A stretch of 64,000 nt of DNA from Styela clava (GCF_964204865.1 NC_135257.1:13454001-13518000); one strand, 5' to 3'; shown: positions 28,054 through 40,808, counted from the first letter of the stretch. Notes: generated by a model from the letters alone, not told the origin. Numbers and translations are program-made.

Positions 28054-31000
28054 TTAAATTGTCATAAGCAATTGAATTTCTTCTATAGGGGTCCTAACTC
28101 TCAAACCCTTTTTCGTCATATGAGAAACAACGTCAACAAGCAAATCAGGATTCACAGTTAAAATTGCTAAATGTAGTTCTTTCGACCAAGAACAAGAATT
28201 TATAGCTCTGGTGTACACTGACTGAACCCTATCAGAGCCAAATTCTATTTCAGCTGCCAAATAAGCCTGCCAGAGTACTAGCGAGCCCATGTTGGTTCCA
28301 ACAGAAAGTGCATGTTCAAATAAATTACGAATTCGAGTATCAATATGAGTTTTTGACTCTACAGTTTCAGATGATGACATACAAGCATTCAAAAGTTTAT
28401 TTCTGCGATGTAGTTCAAATTTTATTGCACAAAGCCAAGGTATCACGGAATCTGTCTCATTGCAAATTTTTCTGTAATGTTTTCTAACATTTCCACATAA
28501 ATAGGATGGCATATAGATTTCTCCAAACTTCTCAGCAAAATAAGTGTTAAACGGGAAATCTGTGGCAGCATCTGATACAACTTTTGTATGGATACTTCGC
28601 GATTGTGGTGAAAAAACTTGTAAAATATTTATATTATAGTGATATAAATGTTCGAGATCAATCTTGACTTGTTTGCTGCAACTGATTTGTTTTGTGTGTA
28701 AAAATTCAAAAGCATTTTCAAAGTTAACAAGTATCTGTGATTTGGAATGAATTGAAAAAATATACTGACAAATGGAAAGATTAAAGTAATCACTCGAATT
28801 TGCATCTGAATTTAGATCATTTTTTTTTTCAAATGCAAATTGTTCATATAATGATTGCGATTCTTCTATAAGTCGAGTAAATCCTGCAGATGCTTTTATT
28901 ATACTAACAGAATGCAAATTAGAATCAGTTTTACTAAAATATTCAGCAAATTTATAGTTATCTCCTAAAGCACACAGTGAACGTATAACTGCAAGTTTGA
29001 AATCACAAGTTTTTGAGTCTGTGTGATTTGATGACGGAAAACAAGTCTCACACATGGTTAAATGAAGAATTGCAAATGTTTTACAGATGTAATGAATATC
29101 TGCCAACAACTTTCTCTTTTGAGTCCTATCTGCTGTCTGTAATGATTTTACCGACATTGATAATGTAGTTTGAAAAATTTTACAAGCCTCATTTCTTTTA
29201 CCACATATCCATTCAATTATTGCAAGACTGCACCATATATGTAACAGATTGGGTTTGTCACTTAAAATCTGTTTGGCAGCCTTTCTCGCTTCTTTACCAG
29301 TTTTACGAAGTTGGGATGTTTTGCCTTCAATAAAAACACATATAACTCGGTGTTCGTGATATGTCATGTATTCACCGCAAAGCATAGTCTTTAGCTCATC
29401 ATCACAGGTGGAGGTAATGAGCTGGCAAAATACTTCACACAGAAAAGTATGTTTCGATGCAACAATGGAACCAAATGATCGGAAAAGTAATGGCTTCATT
29501 CCATATAAACGTTCATCTTGTTTTAAAACCTGATCTGGATGACTAAATGAAAATATATTCTGAGATGACAAGGGTTTGGATGTGGTTGAACTATAATGTT
29601 GAGCAGATCCCATGATACGAACAAAGTTTTTCAAAATCACAATTTTTAACACTTTGCTATCAACGACAAACAATAAATCTTTTATACTAGAAAATGACAC
29701 AATCCTCTCAGAATCATGACATTCATCACCTTCAAAAGATGGCTGCCATCGTAACCATTGTTTATCACAACGAGATTTTTCAATATTCAACCAATTTTGG
29801 GTTAGATTTAAAGAGGGATCGACGTCATCTTCAATATCATCTTCTGTCATGCTTGTATTGTCAGAAGTTGAGACCCATCCACCAGTTTGATTTTTCATAA
29901 TCCAAGCATTGAAACCTTTTGAATCTTTCTCACCAACTTTTGGTTCGCTACTCACAAAATATTGTCTGATAGCGTCAATGTGTTCTGCCCATGTATCTAT
30001 GTCATCTTGACTTCGAAAATTTAGCTCAATCATACACTGATAAAGGCTTGTCAATTGTTCCATGTGTCCAGTGGCAGATAAAAAGTCTGTGTATTCTAGA
30101 AACACCTCAACCAATCTATCTTCAGCAGATATCTCAGAAGATGTATCTTGTTTATATAATCCATTTTTAATTGATCTTAAAATCTCCACGCAATGAGAAA
30201 ATGCTCTTCTTGTTCGGTTAAGACTGAAAGTTGAAACACTGTTACAATTAATGTAGAATATATAGCCTCTCCATACTTCTATATTATCTGGAAATCGAAA
30301 TAATAAATTTTCCCATTCATTATCAAGTGTAGCATGATCAGATGCTATTTCCGACTTCAAACGTAATTTCATCAAGTGTAATTTTGCATCTCTGGGATTG
30401 GCTTTGATAGCTTGATTCAAAATTTCAATTTTTTTTTCAGAGATAATACGGGATCTTCCGTGTACCAAACTGCCTTTTAAAACTTCATCCTGCCAAGATA
30501 GTAGTTCCATCCATCCATCTATATCTTGCGGGTTTTCTCTCACCCTTCGATTGAGTTTTTCTGTTATAGATCTCTGTAGTGTTTCATTAGAATCTATCTC
30601 ATCATTTTCATTTGTTTGGTCTTCTGAATTACCAGTTATTGCAATATAATTGTCAGTGAGAAACTGTAGTTTTCTTCCTTGCTTATGAATTCCAGAAAAA
30701 GTATCAGCAACTGGCAATTTTGTACCAAAATAGCGATGATTTGTTTCATCATTTGCGCGCTTTCTTCTTCTCTTTTTCTTAGATTCTTTGATTTTTATAT
30801 ACTGCCATATTGGAGTCCCAACACAGCATGCAAGGTCTCGATAATACTTCGATGTATAAACTTTATAAAGTCTGCCAAAATGTACATTATCCATATCTGG
30901 AATTTTATCCGCTTGAAATATTGGCATGTCAGAATGTAACTGATCAACTATGACTGATAATTTTTCATTTTTAACACTGTCAGCAGTCTTCAATTGTTTT

Positions 31001-31251
31001 TTATATTTTGGGGAGAGTGACCTATGCTTCTCTTTCTTTTTCCTCTTCTTACTTTTTGATATTCTCACGTTAGTTTCAACCACATCACTAGAATCATCAC
31101 TTGGTGTATCAGATTCATGTTTTCTGTCTTCTAACTCGGTTAGTACAGATGCTGTTTCAGGAAGAAAACTTTCATTTTTCAACCAATCTTTGTGTCCCCT
31201 GTCTTCCTTTTTCTTAAAAGTAGTTGTGGCCGCCGCAGGAAACAGACTCAT
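28054..31251 (-). CDS. NRDE2: Nuclear exosome regulator NRDE2 (intronless, ~1065 aa)
   Basis: Likely start is MSLFPA (ATG at 31251). LNRRVRENPQDIDGWMELLSWQD, EKKIEILNQAIKANP, ECHDSERIVSF, C-terminal KGLRVRTPIEEI. Confidence 0.9.
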   Translation of the reverse strand: MSLFPAAATTTFKKKEDRGHKDWLKNESFLPETASVLTELEDRKHESDTPSDDSSDVVETNVRISKSKKRKKKEKHRSLSPKYKKQLKTADSVKNEKLSVIVDQLHSDMPIFQADKIPDMDNVHFGRLYKVYTSKYYRDLACCVGTPIWQYIKIKESKKKRRRKRANDETNHRYFGTKLPVADTFSGIHKQGRKLQFLTDNYIAITGNSEDQTNENDEIDSNETLQRSITEKLNRRVRENPQDIDGWMELLSWQDEVLKGSLVHGRSRIISEKKIEILNQAIKANPRDAKLHLMKLRLKSEIASDHATLDNEWENLLFRFPDNIEVWRGYIFYINCNSVSTFSLNRTRRAFSHCVEILRSIKNGLYKQDTSSEISAEDRLVEVFLEYTDFLSATGHMEQLTSLYQCMIELNFRSQDDIDTWAEHIDAIRQYFVSSEPKVGEKDSKGFNAWIMKNQTGGWVSTSDNTSMTEDDIEDDVDPSLNLTQNWLNIEKSRCDKQWLRWQPSFEGDECHDSERIVSFSSIKDLLFVVDSKVLKIVILKNFVRIMGSAQHYSSTTSKPLSSQNIFSFSHPDQVLKQDERLYGMKPLLFRSFGSIVASKHTFLCEVFCQLITSTCDDELKTMLCGEYMTYHEHRVICVFIEGKTSQLRKTGKEARKAAKQILSDKPNLLHIWCSLAIIEWICGKRNEACKIFQTTLSMSVKSLQTADRTQKRKLLADIHYICKTFAILHLTMCETCFPSSNHTDSKTCDFKLAVIRSLCALGDNYKFAEYFSKTDSNLHSVSIIKASAGFTRLIEESQSLYEQFAFEKKNDLNSDANSSDYFNLSICQYIFSIHSKSQILVNFENAFEFLHTKQISCSKQVKIDLEHLYHYNINILQVFSPQSRSIHTKVVSDAATDFPFNTYFAEKFGEIYMPSYLCGNVRKHYRKICNETDSVIPWLCAIKFELHRRNKLLNACMSSSETVESKTHIDTRIRNLFEHALSVGTNMGSLVLWQAYLAAEIEFGSDRVQSVYTRAINSCSWSKELHLAILTVNPDLLVDVVSHMTKKGLRVRTPIEEIQLLMTI

Positions 31252-32103
31252 GACAGAATGAACATACAACACTAACAACAACTGGCATAATATATGTACC
31301 TAAGAAAAACAGAAATAAATCATTTTATTAGATGAAAAAATGATAAAGCCTTCAAACATTGAATATTTTCATTAAGTCTGAGAGATGTATTAATTATCAA
31401 AACATACATTCAGCCATAAGATGAGCCCTCCTAACCTGCCAATGATATCATTTTCAATAGGGTTTGGTATTCCTTGATAAGAAATAAGTAAATTATTGAC
31501 ACATCTGACAGACAAATGTCAGAAATCTAAATGACCCCCAATATTTACGGGTAGGTTAATGCCATGCAGTTTTTTTTGTACTATACCAAGTTAATGGGTT
31601 TTTGCCTCCACATTAATACACATAATTTATCATAGTAGTGATGTATGATGATCTAATCAGATTGCAATAACAGTACGTTAATTGAATTGCTGGGAAAACC
31701 ACGCTTGATAACATAACCATTGACAATATTCATTCCATTATATATTGAAACTTTCAAAATATAAGTCAGATTTTATCTTGTTCAAACAAATATTAATTTG
31801 ATCACAGAAAATAGTCTTATATATATCATAATTTTGTTATTTATGTAGAATAGATTAGGAAGTATTATATAACAAGATAACGACTACTTTGTGGATTTTC
31901 ACAAAAATATCCTCAGACACAAAACTTCCATCAGTTCAGATACTGTCCCTAGAACAGTAAGGAAGAATTTGTGACTTTAATCTCATTCCGTTTGTCCATA
32001 TTTTATCGTAGAAGTGGATAATATCCATTGACAGCACCATGCCCATATTCGACTGTGAACGGAATTCTGAGACAATATCCAGACCAAGGCATCGCATCCC
32101 ATT

Positions 32104-32499
32104 TCAAGTATTCTTTCTTAAAGCCTTATATTCATTCATCTGTTCTGGATAAACAGTTGATAATTGTGAAAGAAGTTCTTGTCGAAACTTCTGATACATT
32201 TCTATTTTACCTTTAACATCCTCATTTTTTGTTAAAGCTTTTTCAATACAATGTTTTGTATACAACTGAGGATTTTTTCCATCATCAATGTAGTCAAAAA
32301 CTTCAAGGGGTATATTGACTCCTTGTAGACTTGATTTACATGCTTCTATATCTTTCAGGCCTGTTATCATAGAATTTATTTTCTGGTTTAAAACTGCCTG
32401 GCCTTGAGGCTGAAAGTCACTAGCAATAATTCCAAGTTGACGAACATTCTCGATAAACTGCTCCAAGTTCTCTTCCAGCTGTTCAAATTTTTCCGCCAT
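32104..32499 (-). CDS. MED10: Mediator subunit 10 (intronless)
   Basis: MAEKFEQLEENLEQFIENVRQLGIIASDFQP...IPLEVFDYIDDGKNPQLYTKHCIEKAL. Confidence 0.96.
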   Translation of the reverse strand: MAEKFEQLEENLEQFIENVRQLGIIASDFQPQGQAVLNQKINSMITGLKDIEACKSSLQGVNIPLEVFDYIDDGKNPQLYTKHCIEKALTKNEDVKGKIEMYQKFRQELLSQLSTVYPEQMNEYKALRKNT

Positions 32500-33672
32500 T
32501 ATATATACTTGATTAAGTGAATAAATCTATTTGAAAGCAAACAACAAGTTTGGCTTGCGAGCACGATTAAGTACATATCAATGAGTAGGCCTATTACATT
32601 TGGGATAGAAAAACATCTGAAATAATGTTGTTGTTATGAGTAATATATTTTACTTGAGCGCCATTGTACAAAAACGTAAAATTTTTTTCCGTGATATTTT
32701 TTAAACAAATACAATCGAGTTAATACGCAAAAAACTATACACTTATTCAGAAAAATGATCTGTACTCTTGCCATAACATCTGTACATTATACGCACACAG
32801 ATCTCCATTAAAGAAGAAGCATAGAACAAGTAGTCGAACAGAACACAAATTGACAGCTGACATTTTCATAATTAGATTTATGAAAGGCAAAGTCACAAAC
32901 ATTTTTCATAAATATACAATTACGATATTTCACATACTGCCGTATGGATTCAACCATTTTCAGCCCGATCAATTTTCGTGAGATGTTCTGTACAAACATA
33001 ATAGCAAATATTTCATTTACCGGTACATACGACTGAGCAAGATAGGTAAAATGAGAAGTGCCCTCTTTCCCAATTCGACAGCATTTTATTGTTACAATAT
33101 CAGTTTTAAAACCAAGAATTTGATATTTAGAAATTCTGAACGAAGAAATGTGCCCAAAATGAATTTAATTGAGTAGGCCGGATACAACAGCCAAAAAAAA
33201 ATGTACAAGACTATTGTAATTAGGTCGACTTAACAGTGGTGGGAATAGGTTTTATTAACAAGACATATTATTTCAAGTCCAGAATGTCTCTATCTGAAAC
33301 AAATTATTTTGTTGCAAAAGTTCACTGATAAATAGTAATTCAGATATATATGACATATTAAAAAACCCTTCACACAAACACATTACATATTATGTGAACC
33401 TGGGGGCATGCAAATTAATGAATAACAATGCAACATGTTAGGCAGTAATTTGAAGTTATTATACAATGACTGTTACCAGGGGTCATCGTATACAGTCTAT
33501 CCATGCAACATTTTGCATCTTGTAAAAATAAATCACTATGAAGTATGTCACTAAACTTAAACGAATATTGGGCTTTTATGTCATCGCGGAATATTTTACA
33601 AGTCTTGTGTAAACCTTATTTCTCAACAAAGGCGCATTAGTGACTCATGACGAATAAGCGATTATAAGTTTG

Positions 33673-34206
33673 TCATTTTACAAGAGCAGACTTTATTCCC
33701 AGCTTCTCTAGTTCATCTACTAAATCCCCACTTTGATGCATTTGAAGCAAAATATCACAACCACCAATGAAATCTCCTTCAAAATAGACTTGCGGAATTG
33801 TTGGCCAATCAGAAAAGTCTTTGATGCCTTGACGCAATTCTTCATCTTCCAAGACATTATGTGAGTCATAATCTTCAACTCCGTGCATTCGCAACACTTG
33901 TACAACTGCGTTACTAAATCCACACATAGGTTGATCAGGAACTCCTTTCATAAAAATCACGATTTTTTTATTTTTGACCATTTTTTCAATTCTTTCACTT
34001 ATAGGCATCGAGTTTGTTTGCTCATTTTGTGAAAATAGGGGAGTATAAACAGATAAGAGTCGATAGCAATTTTTCCTGGGAAAATAGCTCTGATTTTCAA
34101 TTTTGAGTGATTCGAGATTCCGAGTGGTTAATCGTCTTGCTAAAATCCTATATGATTGTTGATAGAGTGGATTGAGTCGAAATACGATAAGCCTGCTGGA
34201 ATTCAT
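33673..34206 (-). CDS. GLRX5: Glutaredoxin-related protein 5, mitochondrial (intronless)
   Basis: Arg-rich presequence, [14 protein letters not shown] monothiol motif, [13 protein letters not shown]. Confidence 0.96.
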   Translation of the reverse strand: MNSSRLIVFRLNPLYQQSYRILARRLTTRNLESLKIENQSYFPRKNCYRLLSVYTPLFSQNEQTNSMPISERIEKMVKNKKIVIFMKGVPDQPMCGFSNAVVQVLRMHGVEDYDSHNVLEDEELRQGIKDFSDWPTIPQVYFEGDFIGGCDILLQMHQSGDLVDELEKLGIKSALVK

Positions 34207-34480
34207 TTTTTGCTGTCAAAAATCACTATCTGGTTCTTGATTTTTAATCTAAGGTTACAACAGTACAATATTCACCATCTAAATGCAGAAATGAACAGAT
34301 TGCAACAAAAATTAAACTCAATACATAAAAAATAATTGCTTATGCCAGTATGCTGCTGAAAATTTGTATTAATTTGAATTAAATATACAATATGCAAATT
34401 GCAACAAGTAAAGCCAATGATAATATTCAAAACGTAGTATTATAAGAATTTTTCAAAGTGTCTAAATAAGTGCCTAGCAT

Positions 34481-34783
34481 GCATATGTTGTGATCGAGCA
34501 GCGCGTGCACCTCCTTATAAAACTACGTTTTAAATATTATCAATGGGTTTACTTGTTGCAATTTGTATGGCAATATTTAATTTTTTATTCTCAAATAACA
34601 TTACTAGACTCAAGTATATTCGTTAGATATTTACCGGGACTAAGATGGTTAATTCCCATTTTCTATAATTTTTGAAGTGCTTGGCATATGTGGTGATCGA
34701 GCGTGTGCGCTTCCTTATAATACTACGTTTTAAATATTACCAATTGGTTTACTTGTTGCAATTTGCATGACTAATATTTAATT
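34481..34783. repeat. Two ~100-bp direct repeats upstream of GLRX5
   Basis: gcatatgt.gtgatcgagc...ccttataa.actacgttttaaatatta.caat.ggtttacttgttgcaatttg at 34481 and 34684. Confidence 0.85.
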
Positions 34784-35690
34784 CTAATCTTAATATTTTT
34801 AATTAATTCATTATGTTTTTAAAAGTTATTACGCCTATTTTACCCCCTTTTTTCGAAGTGCCTAATTTTCAAGTGTCTACTTTTAGTCCGTCCCCTATAG
34901 CAGGGTTGCCAGATCCCAGTGATCAAAAAAAGCCAAATCAAGACATAAAAAAGCCAGAAAAAGTCAACAATTTTACTAAGTACAAAAGCCCCATGATTTG
35001 ATGCTCATGGCACAATAATGGGTTTGCAATATGGTGATGTAGATCCATCAGTTCATTTAGTGAGCCACACAAATGTCTTTTCCCATTGAAAATTGTAATT
35101 TCGGTTGCTATCATGACAATTTCCACTTCAGCGGGATGAAGGGTCCAAAAGTAAAAATGATTAATTGAATGACAGCACCAGAATCTACATTCGACATAAT
35201 ACAGTTAAGCTGACATCTATATGAAAAAGTTGAGAAAAAAATAAATAAATAAAAACATCAATAGAACAGCATTAATCCACAATTCAATATATACACAGGG
35301 TGCCGCTTCAGTACCGGTATGTGATATACCTGTATACCTTAAAACATTTTTCCTGAACATTTTGAATCCATCATTTTTATTTAAAAAAAATATCTAACCA
35401 CTTCCAGGTGTCACTTACAGGTGGACTACTGATAGCTAATTTTAGCGCGGTTAATCACATCCAGACATCGTTCGTGAGGCTAAGTTTTGATTACTGCAAC
35501 TAAACTAAAGCTCCTGCCCTGAGAAGGTGACAATTAAGTTACATACTGTATACAACTATTTTGGGGAAATAGAACTAAAAACTGACAAATAACAGCAAAA
35601 ATAAAAACGAGGCAATGTTTACAAACCTGCTTGAACATCTGTCTGAGCGGCTGCAGAGACTGCAATTATATCTGATTGGTTATGGTTAAG

Positions 35691-38600
35691 GGGTCTCCCT
35701 AAAACCAGGCACTTGCGAATTCAGGCACCATTTCAGGCACTTTGATATTTTTTTATTTTTACCGTACGTCATTGGGATTTCCAATTTACCTGACAAGATA
35801 ATTAGACTTTAAATAATTTTTTGCATCCCTATATTGCAATAAAACAATATTATTTCCAATTTATTAGGGTATAAATAATTTTTCAATAGTAAAATGTGGC
35901 AACATTGATTACAAAATATAGAAATCAGGCACTTGTGAAATTTCAGGCACTTGGTCAAAACCTATTTTACAATGTATCTGATTACTCTAAAACAGAAAAT
36001 TAAATATATACACTTTGTATGGTTGAATTTACAACATTTTGGTAAAATACAATAGGTACCGTTTGTGACTGATGGAGACGTGTCATATTTCGCAAGTGCC
36101 TGATTTTTCATTTTTCTCGGTGACAGTTGCCATATTTTTTCGCAATTATTTTCTTGAATTATTTGCGTCAGCACTTACTATTCTTTGCTTTCTAACGCAA
36201 ATTCATTGTTCCACAACAATTTGAGCGTTTTTAATATTGCAATGAGCAATACCATTTGACAACATATGGTCAACCATCGTACTTTCTGGATTTATTTGAA
36301 ATTGAATATGAATAATAAAATCTGGCAACCTCAAGCACAAAATACTAAAACCAGGCACTTGTGAAATTTCAGGCACTTCGTAAAAACCTATTTCTCGATG
36401 TTTTTACTTACTTTGAAGCAGAAAACTAAAATATACACTCTTTTGTATGATTGTAATGACGTCTTTTTGGTAAAAAACAAGAACGATTGGGACTGGTGAT
36501 GAGGGGTCAAATTTCGCAAGTGCCTGATTTTTCATTTTTTTCGATTACAGTTGCCATATATTTTTGCAATACTTTTCATAAAATCTTTTTCGTCAGAACT
36601 TACTAATCATTGCTTTTTAAAGGAAATACCTAGTTCTACAACGATTTCAGCGTTTTTAATAATATTATTAGCAATATCATTTGATAACATATAGATAACC
36701 ATCGTACTTTTTGGATTTATTTGAAATTGAATATGAATAATAAAATCTGGCAACCTCAAGCACAAAATACTAAAACCAGGCACTTGTGAAATTTCAGGCA
36801 CTTCGTAAAAACCTATTTGTCGATGTTTTTACTTACTTTGAAGCAGAAAACTAAAATATACACTCTTTTGTATGATTGTAATGACGTCTTTTTGGTAAAA
36901 AACAAGAACGATTGGGACTGGTGATGAGGGGTCAAATTTCGCAAGTGCCTGATTTTTCATTTTTTTCGATTACAGTTGCCATATATTTTTGCAATACTTT
37001 TCATAAAATCTTTTTCGTCAGAACTTACTAATCATTGCTTTTTAAAGGAAATACCTAGTTCTACAACGATTTCAGCGTTTTTAATAATATTATTAGCAAT
37101 ATCATTTGATAACATATAGATAACCATCGTACTTTTTGGATTTATTTGAAATTGAATAGGAATGATAAAATCTGGCAACCGCAAGCACAAAATACTAAAA
37201 TCAGGCACTTGTAAAATTTCAGGCACTTTGTAAAAAACCATTTCCCGATGTTTTTGATTACTTTAAAGCCGAAAATCCAAATATACATATTTTGTATGAC
37301 TGAATTTGGTATTTTTATTGTTCAAAACAAGAAGAACTGTCACTGGTAGGAATGTGGCAAATTTAGCAAGTGCCTGATTGTTTGGTTTTGTCAATGGTAG
37401 TTGCCATATCTCTATAATTTTTGTCTTTTTTTTATATGTTGTTTCCCTATTGCATTATTTTATAAAAGTCAATGTTTGTATGAGAGCTCCACTTAGCATA
37501 AATGGAATTAAACTTTTAACATCAGTATGTACATCCGGAAATCGGTATTTATTTAAACCAATCACGCTTTTGCAAAACTATTTGAATATTGTAAAGTTTG
37601 AATGACATTGTGTTGTTTATTTTTATTAATTTAAAAGTATGACATATGTATTATTTAAATACGGGTTTAAATTTGACAGATCTGTAAAGAATATTAGTTA
37701 TTCAGACGACATCTTTATAGTAATGTTCGGAACCCTTGAAATTGGTTTAAAACTTCTTCTAATTTGTTATAAACATTTCGAAGTAATATATTACCCAGGT
37801 AGCAACAATCGCATTGTTATAAAGAACCTAATTTGTCTTCTGGCAATATTAGTTCGAAATTCCAGTTTTAATTGTTATCGGACGACGATTTTAATAATGT
37901 AATTTGGCCTATGACTTCATATAAACTACATAAGAGAAACAATTAACTTATGTCGTATAGAATTTTTTATAATACGTATCCAAGTCACATTATCCCTTAA
38001 TAGAACATAATTTACCGTTCACAAAATGTATAAAAGCCTGTGCAAAATCTATATTGACAACCAGCGGTGTTCAACCACGGCTACAATAAAGATATTCAAT
38101 CACTTGCTGTTGCTGTTGTATAATATTCTTTACAACCTGAAGATCTGACTGTAATATCTTTTCATGGATAGTTTATGGAATGGATTTCATGGATAGTTTA
38201 CGTAGAATTATTTGTACATTATTTCATGCTGTAACAGCTAACTGTAAAACACGTAGTTCCCAAATAAGAAGAATGGCTACAGGATGGTAAATGCGAGATG
38301 GCAATGTCACCTAAACAAAATTCGCTCGGCGAATGACATCAGGTAGCTGATATGCCCAAAGTTAGGCTTAAAAGCATCGTTAAACGAATGTTACAATAAA
38401 AATCCTTCAATATTCAACACGCCAGTAGTCAGTCAACAATTTTTTTTTGCGTTATTCAAAACGTTACAAATATATAAAAACGTAAAACAGTAATTGTTTT
38501 TAATGTCACAGAAGCCGTATTAAACTCTCGATTATAGATCTTTCTTCACCAGTAATTGGGGATATAAATTTGAATTTAAATTTATTAAGGAGATAAAACA

Positions 38601-40808
38601 TTAAAAACACAACTTCACAAAGGAAGTGTATGAGTGAACACTAATCGAAGCTTTCAGTTTGAAAATTATTAGAAATATTGAGTATCCAATGAAACTCCTT
38701 ACTATTTGTTCTATTTTGACATGATATGATTTACGTATCTTGCAATTAGGTAAAACCACAGATCTAAGAATTGAAATTTTTAAAGGTCAGTTCTGAAATT
38801 AAACATGAAAAGGTTTTGTGTATATTTTGCTACTTTTATATGTCGGGCGTATAGTTTCTTCATGTCGCGAATGAGCATCAGAATAGGTTGTGCAGAAAAT
38901 GGTGCTCCCGTAGTATGTGCACAAAGTTGGCACACAACCCGAACAAAGTATGTGTACCAAGATAGAGGTAATAGGTTGTGCGCCATCTTGGAGCACATAG
39001 GCTACTACGGGAGCGCCCTGAAAATGCCCACATTTGCAACACCGACTTACCGAATACAAATTTTACACTTCCACAATTTCGCTTTCGATACTTTCTCACA
39101 TGTATCATGATACCAACGCTTGCAAACGAAGCATTGATATTGTACTTGCTCCCGTATACATTTCGCACTTTAACAGACACTCCAATTATTATTTTCCAGA
39201 AAGCAAAATTCATGCATCGGAATTTCAGAGTATATGAGTGGCGACGATGCAGTGCGACAACGTTCCAAATGTGATTGAATTTTTGTTGACTCCGACTTGT
39301 TCAATCTTCCATCTGGGCGTTTTGAAGAGGTATGTACTCACTTCAAATATAAATACTTGCACCACCTTCGGGCAGACGTCGAATTGAAATTAGCGATAAG
39401 AATAGCACTCAATATACATCGGATTGTCTTAAAAAACATTTTACCGGGAAAGCAAAGTATAGTAAGTACTAAGTTTTGACGAAAATGATTTTATGAAATA
39501 TATTGCAAAAATATATGGCAACTGTAATCGAAAAAAAAATGAAAAATCAGGCACTTGCGAAATTTGACCCCTCATCACAAGTCCCAATCGTTTTTCTTTT
39601 TTACCAAAAAAGACGTCATTTCAATCATACAAAAGAGTGTATATTTTAGTTTTCTGCTTCAAAGTAAGTATAAACATCGAGAAATAGGTTTTTACAAAGT
39701 GCCTGAAATTTCACAAGTGCCTGGTTTTAGTATTTTGTGCTCACTGTTGCCAGATTTTATCATTCCTATTCAATTTCAAAAAATCCAAAAAGTACGATGT
39801 TTATCTATATGTTGTCAAATAATATTGCTCATTGTAAAAACGCTGAAATTGTTGTAGAACTAGGAATTTATTTTAAAAGCAATGATTAGTAAGTTCTAAC
39901 TCAAATAATTTAGAAAAGTTGTTGCGAAAATATGTGGCAACTGTAATCGAAAAAAATGAAAAATCAGGCACTTGCGAAATTTGACCCCCCATCACCAGTC
40001 CCAATCGTTCTTGTTTTTTACCAAAAAGACGTCATTCCAATCATACAAAAGAGTGTATATTTTAGTTTTCTGCTTCAAAGTAAGTAAAAACATCGAGAAA
40101 TAGGTTTTTACGAAGTGCCTGAAATTTCACAAGTGCCTGGTTTTAGTATTTTGTGCTTGAGGTTGCCAGATTTTATTATTCATATTCAATTTCAAATAAA
40201 TCCAGAAAGTACGATGGTTGACCATATGTTGTCAAATGGTATTGCTCATTGCAGTATTAAAAACGCTCAAATTGTTGTGGAACAATGAATTTGCGTTAGA
40301 AAGCAAAGAATAGTAAGTGCTGATGCAAATAATTTAAGAAAATAATTGCGAAAAAATATGGCAACTGTCACCGAGAAAAATGAAAAATCAGGCACTTGCG
40401 AAATATGACACGCCTCCATCAGTCATAAACGGTATTGTATTTTACCAAAAAGTTGTAAATTCAACCATACAAAGTGTATATATTTAATTTTCTGCTTTAG
40501 AGTAATCAGATACATTGTAAAATAGGTTTTTACCAAGTGCCTGAAATTTCACAAGTGCCTGATTTCTATATTTTGTAATCAATGTTGCCACATTTTACTA
40601 TTGAAAAATTATTTATACCCTAATAAATTGGAAATAATATTGTTTTATTGCAATATAGGGATGCAAAAAATTAGTCAAAGTCTAATTATCTTGTCAGGTA
40701 AATTGGAAATCCCAATGACGTACGGTAAAAATAAAAAAATATCAAAGTGCCTGAAATGGTGCCTGAAAAAGTGCCTGAATTCGCGAGTGCCTGGTTTTAG
40801 GGAGACCC
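35691..40808. mobile_element. MULE/foldback element with ~1.4-1.7-kb modular TIRs and a ~2-kb loop
   Basis: Termini gggtctccctaaaaccaggcac / gtgcctggttttagggagaccc. Perfect 9-bp TSD ATGGTTAAG at 35682-35690 and 40809-40817. ~425-bp internal units rich in caggcacttg. Confidence 0.92.
39047..39439 (-). pseudogene. Decayed ORF end with a C-terminal PHD finger, in the foldback loop
   Basis: Manual translation through two stops: ...WSVC*SAKCIREQVQYQCFVCKRWYHDTCEKVSKAKLWKCKICIR* (C4HC3 spacing). Confidence 0.7.

Larger units (their letters stand above)
21698..34280 (-). other. Putative polycistronic (SL trans-spliced) operon GLRX5-MED10-NRDE2-RBM18-HINT3-PHAX
   Basis: Six co-oriented genes 0.4-1.2 kb apart. 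Each has a pyrimidine tract + AG acceptor 20-75 nt before the ATG (AG at 34279-80, 32527-8, 31300-1, 27709-10, 25968-9, 24885-6). Confidence 0.65.

Noticed and set aside
31252-31281. ORF-track TTG start for NRDE2 (MLLVLYVHSV extension)
   Set aside because: The ATG at 31251 gives MSLFPA, matching the conserved NRDE2 N-terminus.
38780-39274. Several overlapping 70-110-aa ORFs listed in the foldback loop
   Set aside because: They are alternative-frame or antisense shadows; the meaningful frame is the stop-interrupted PHD remnant.
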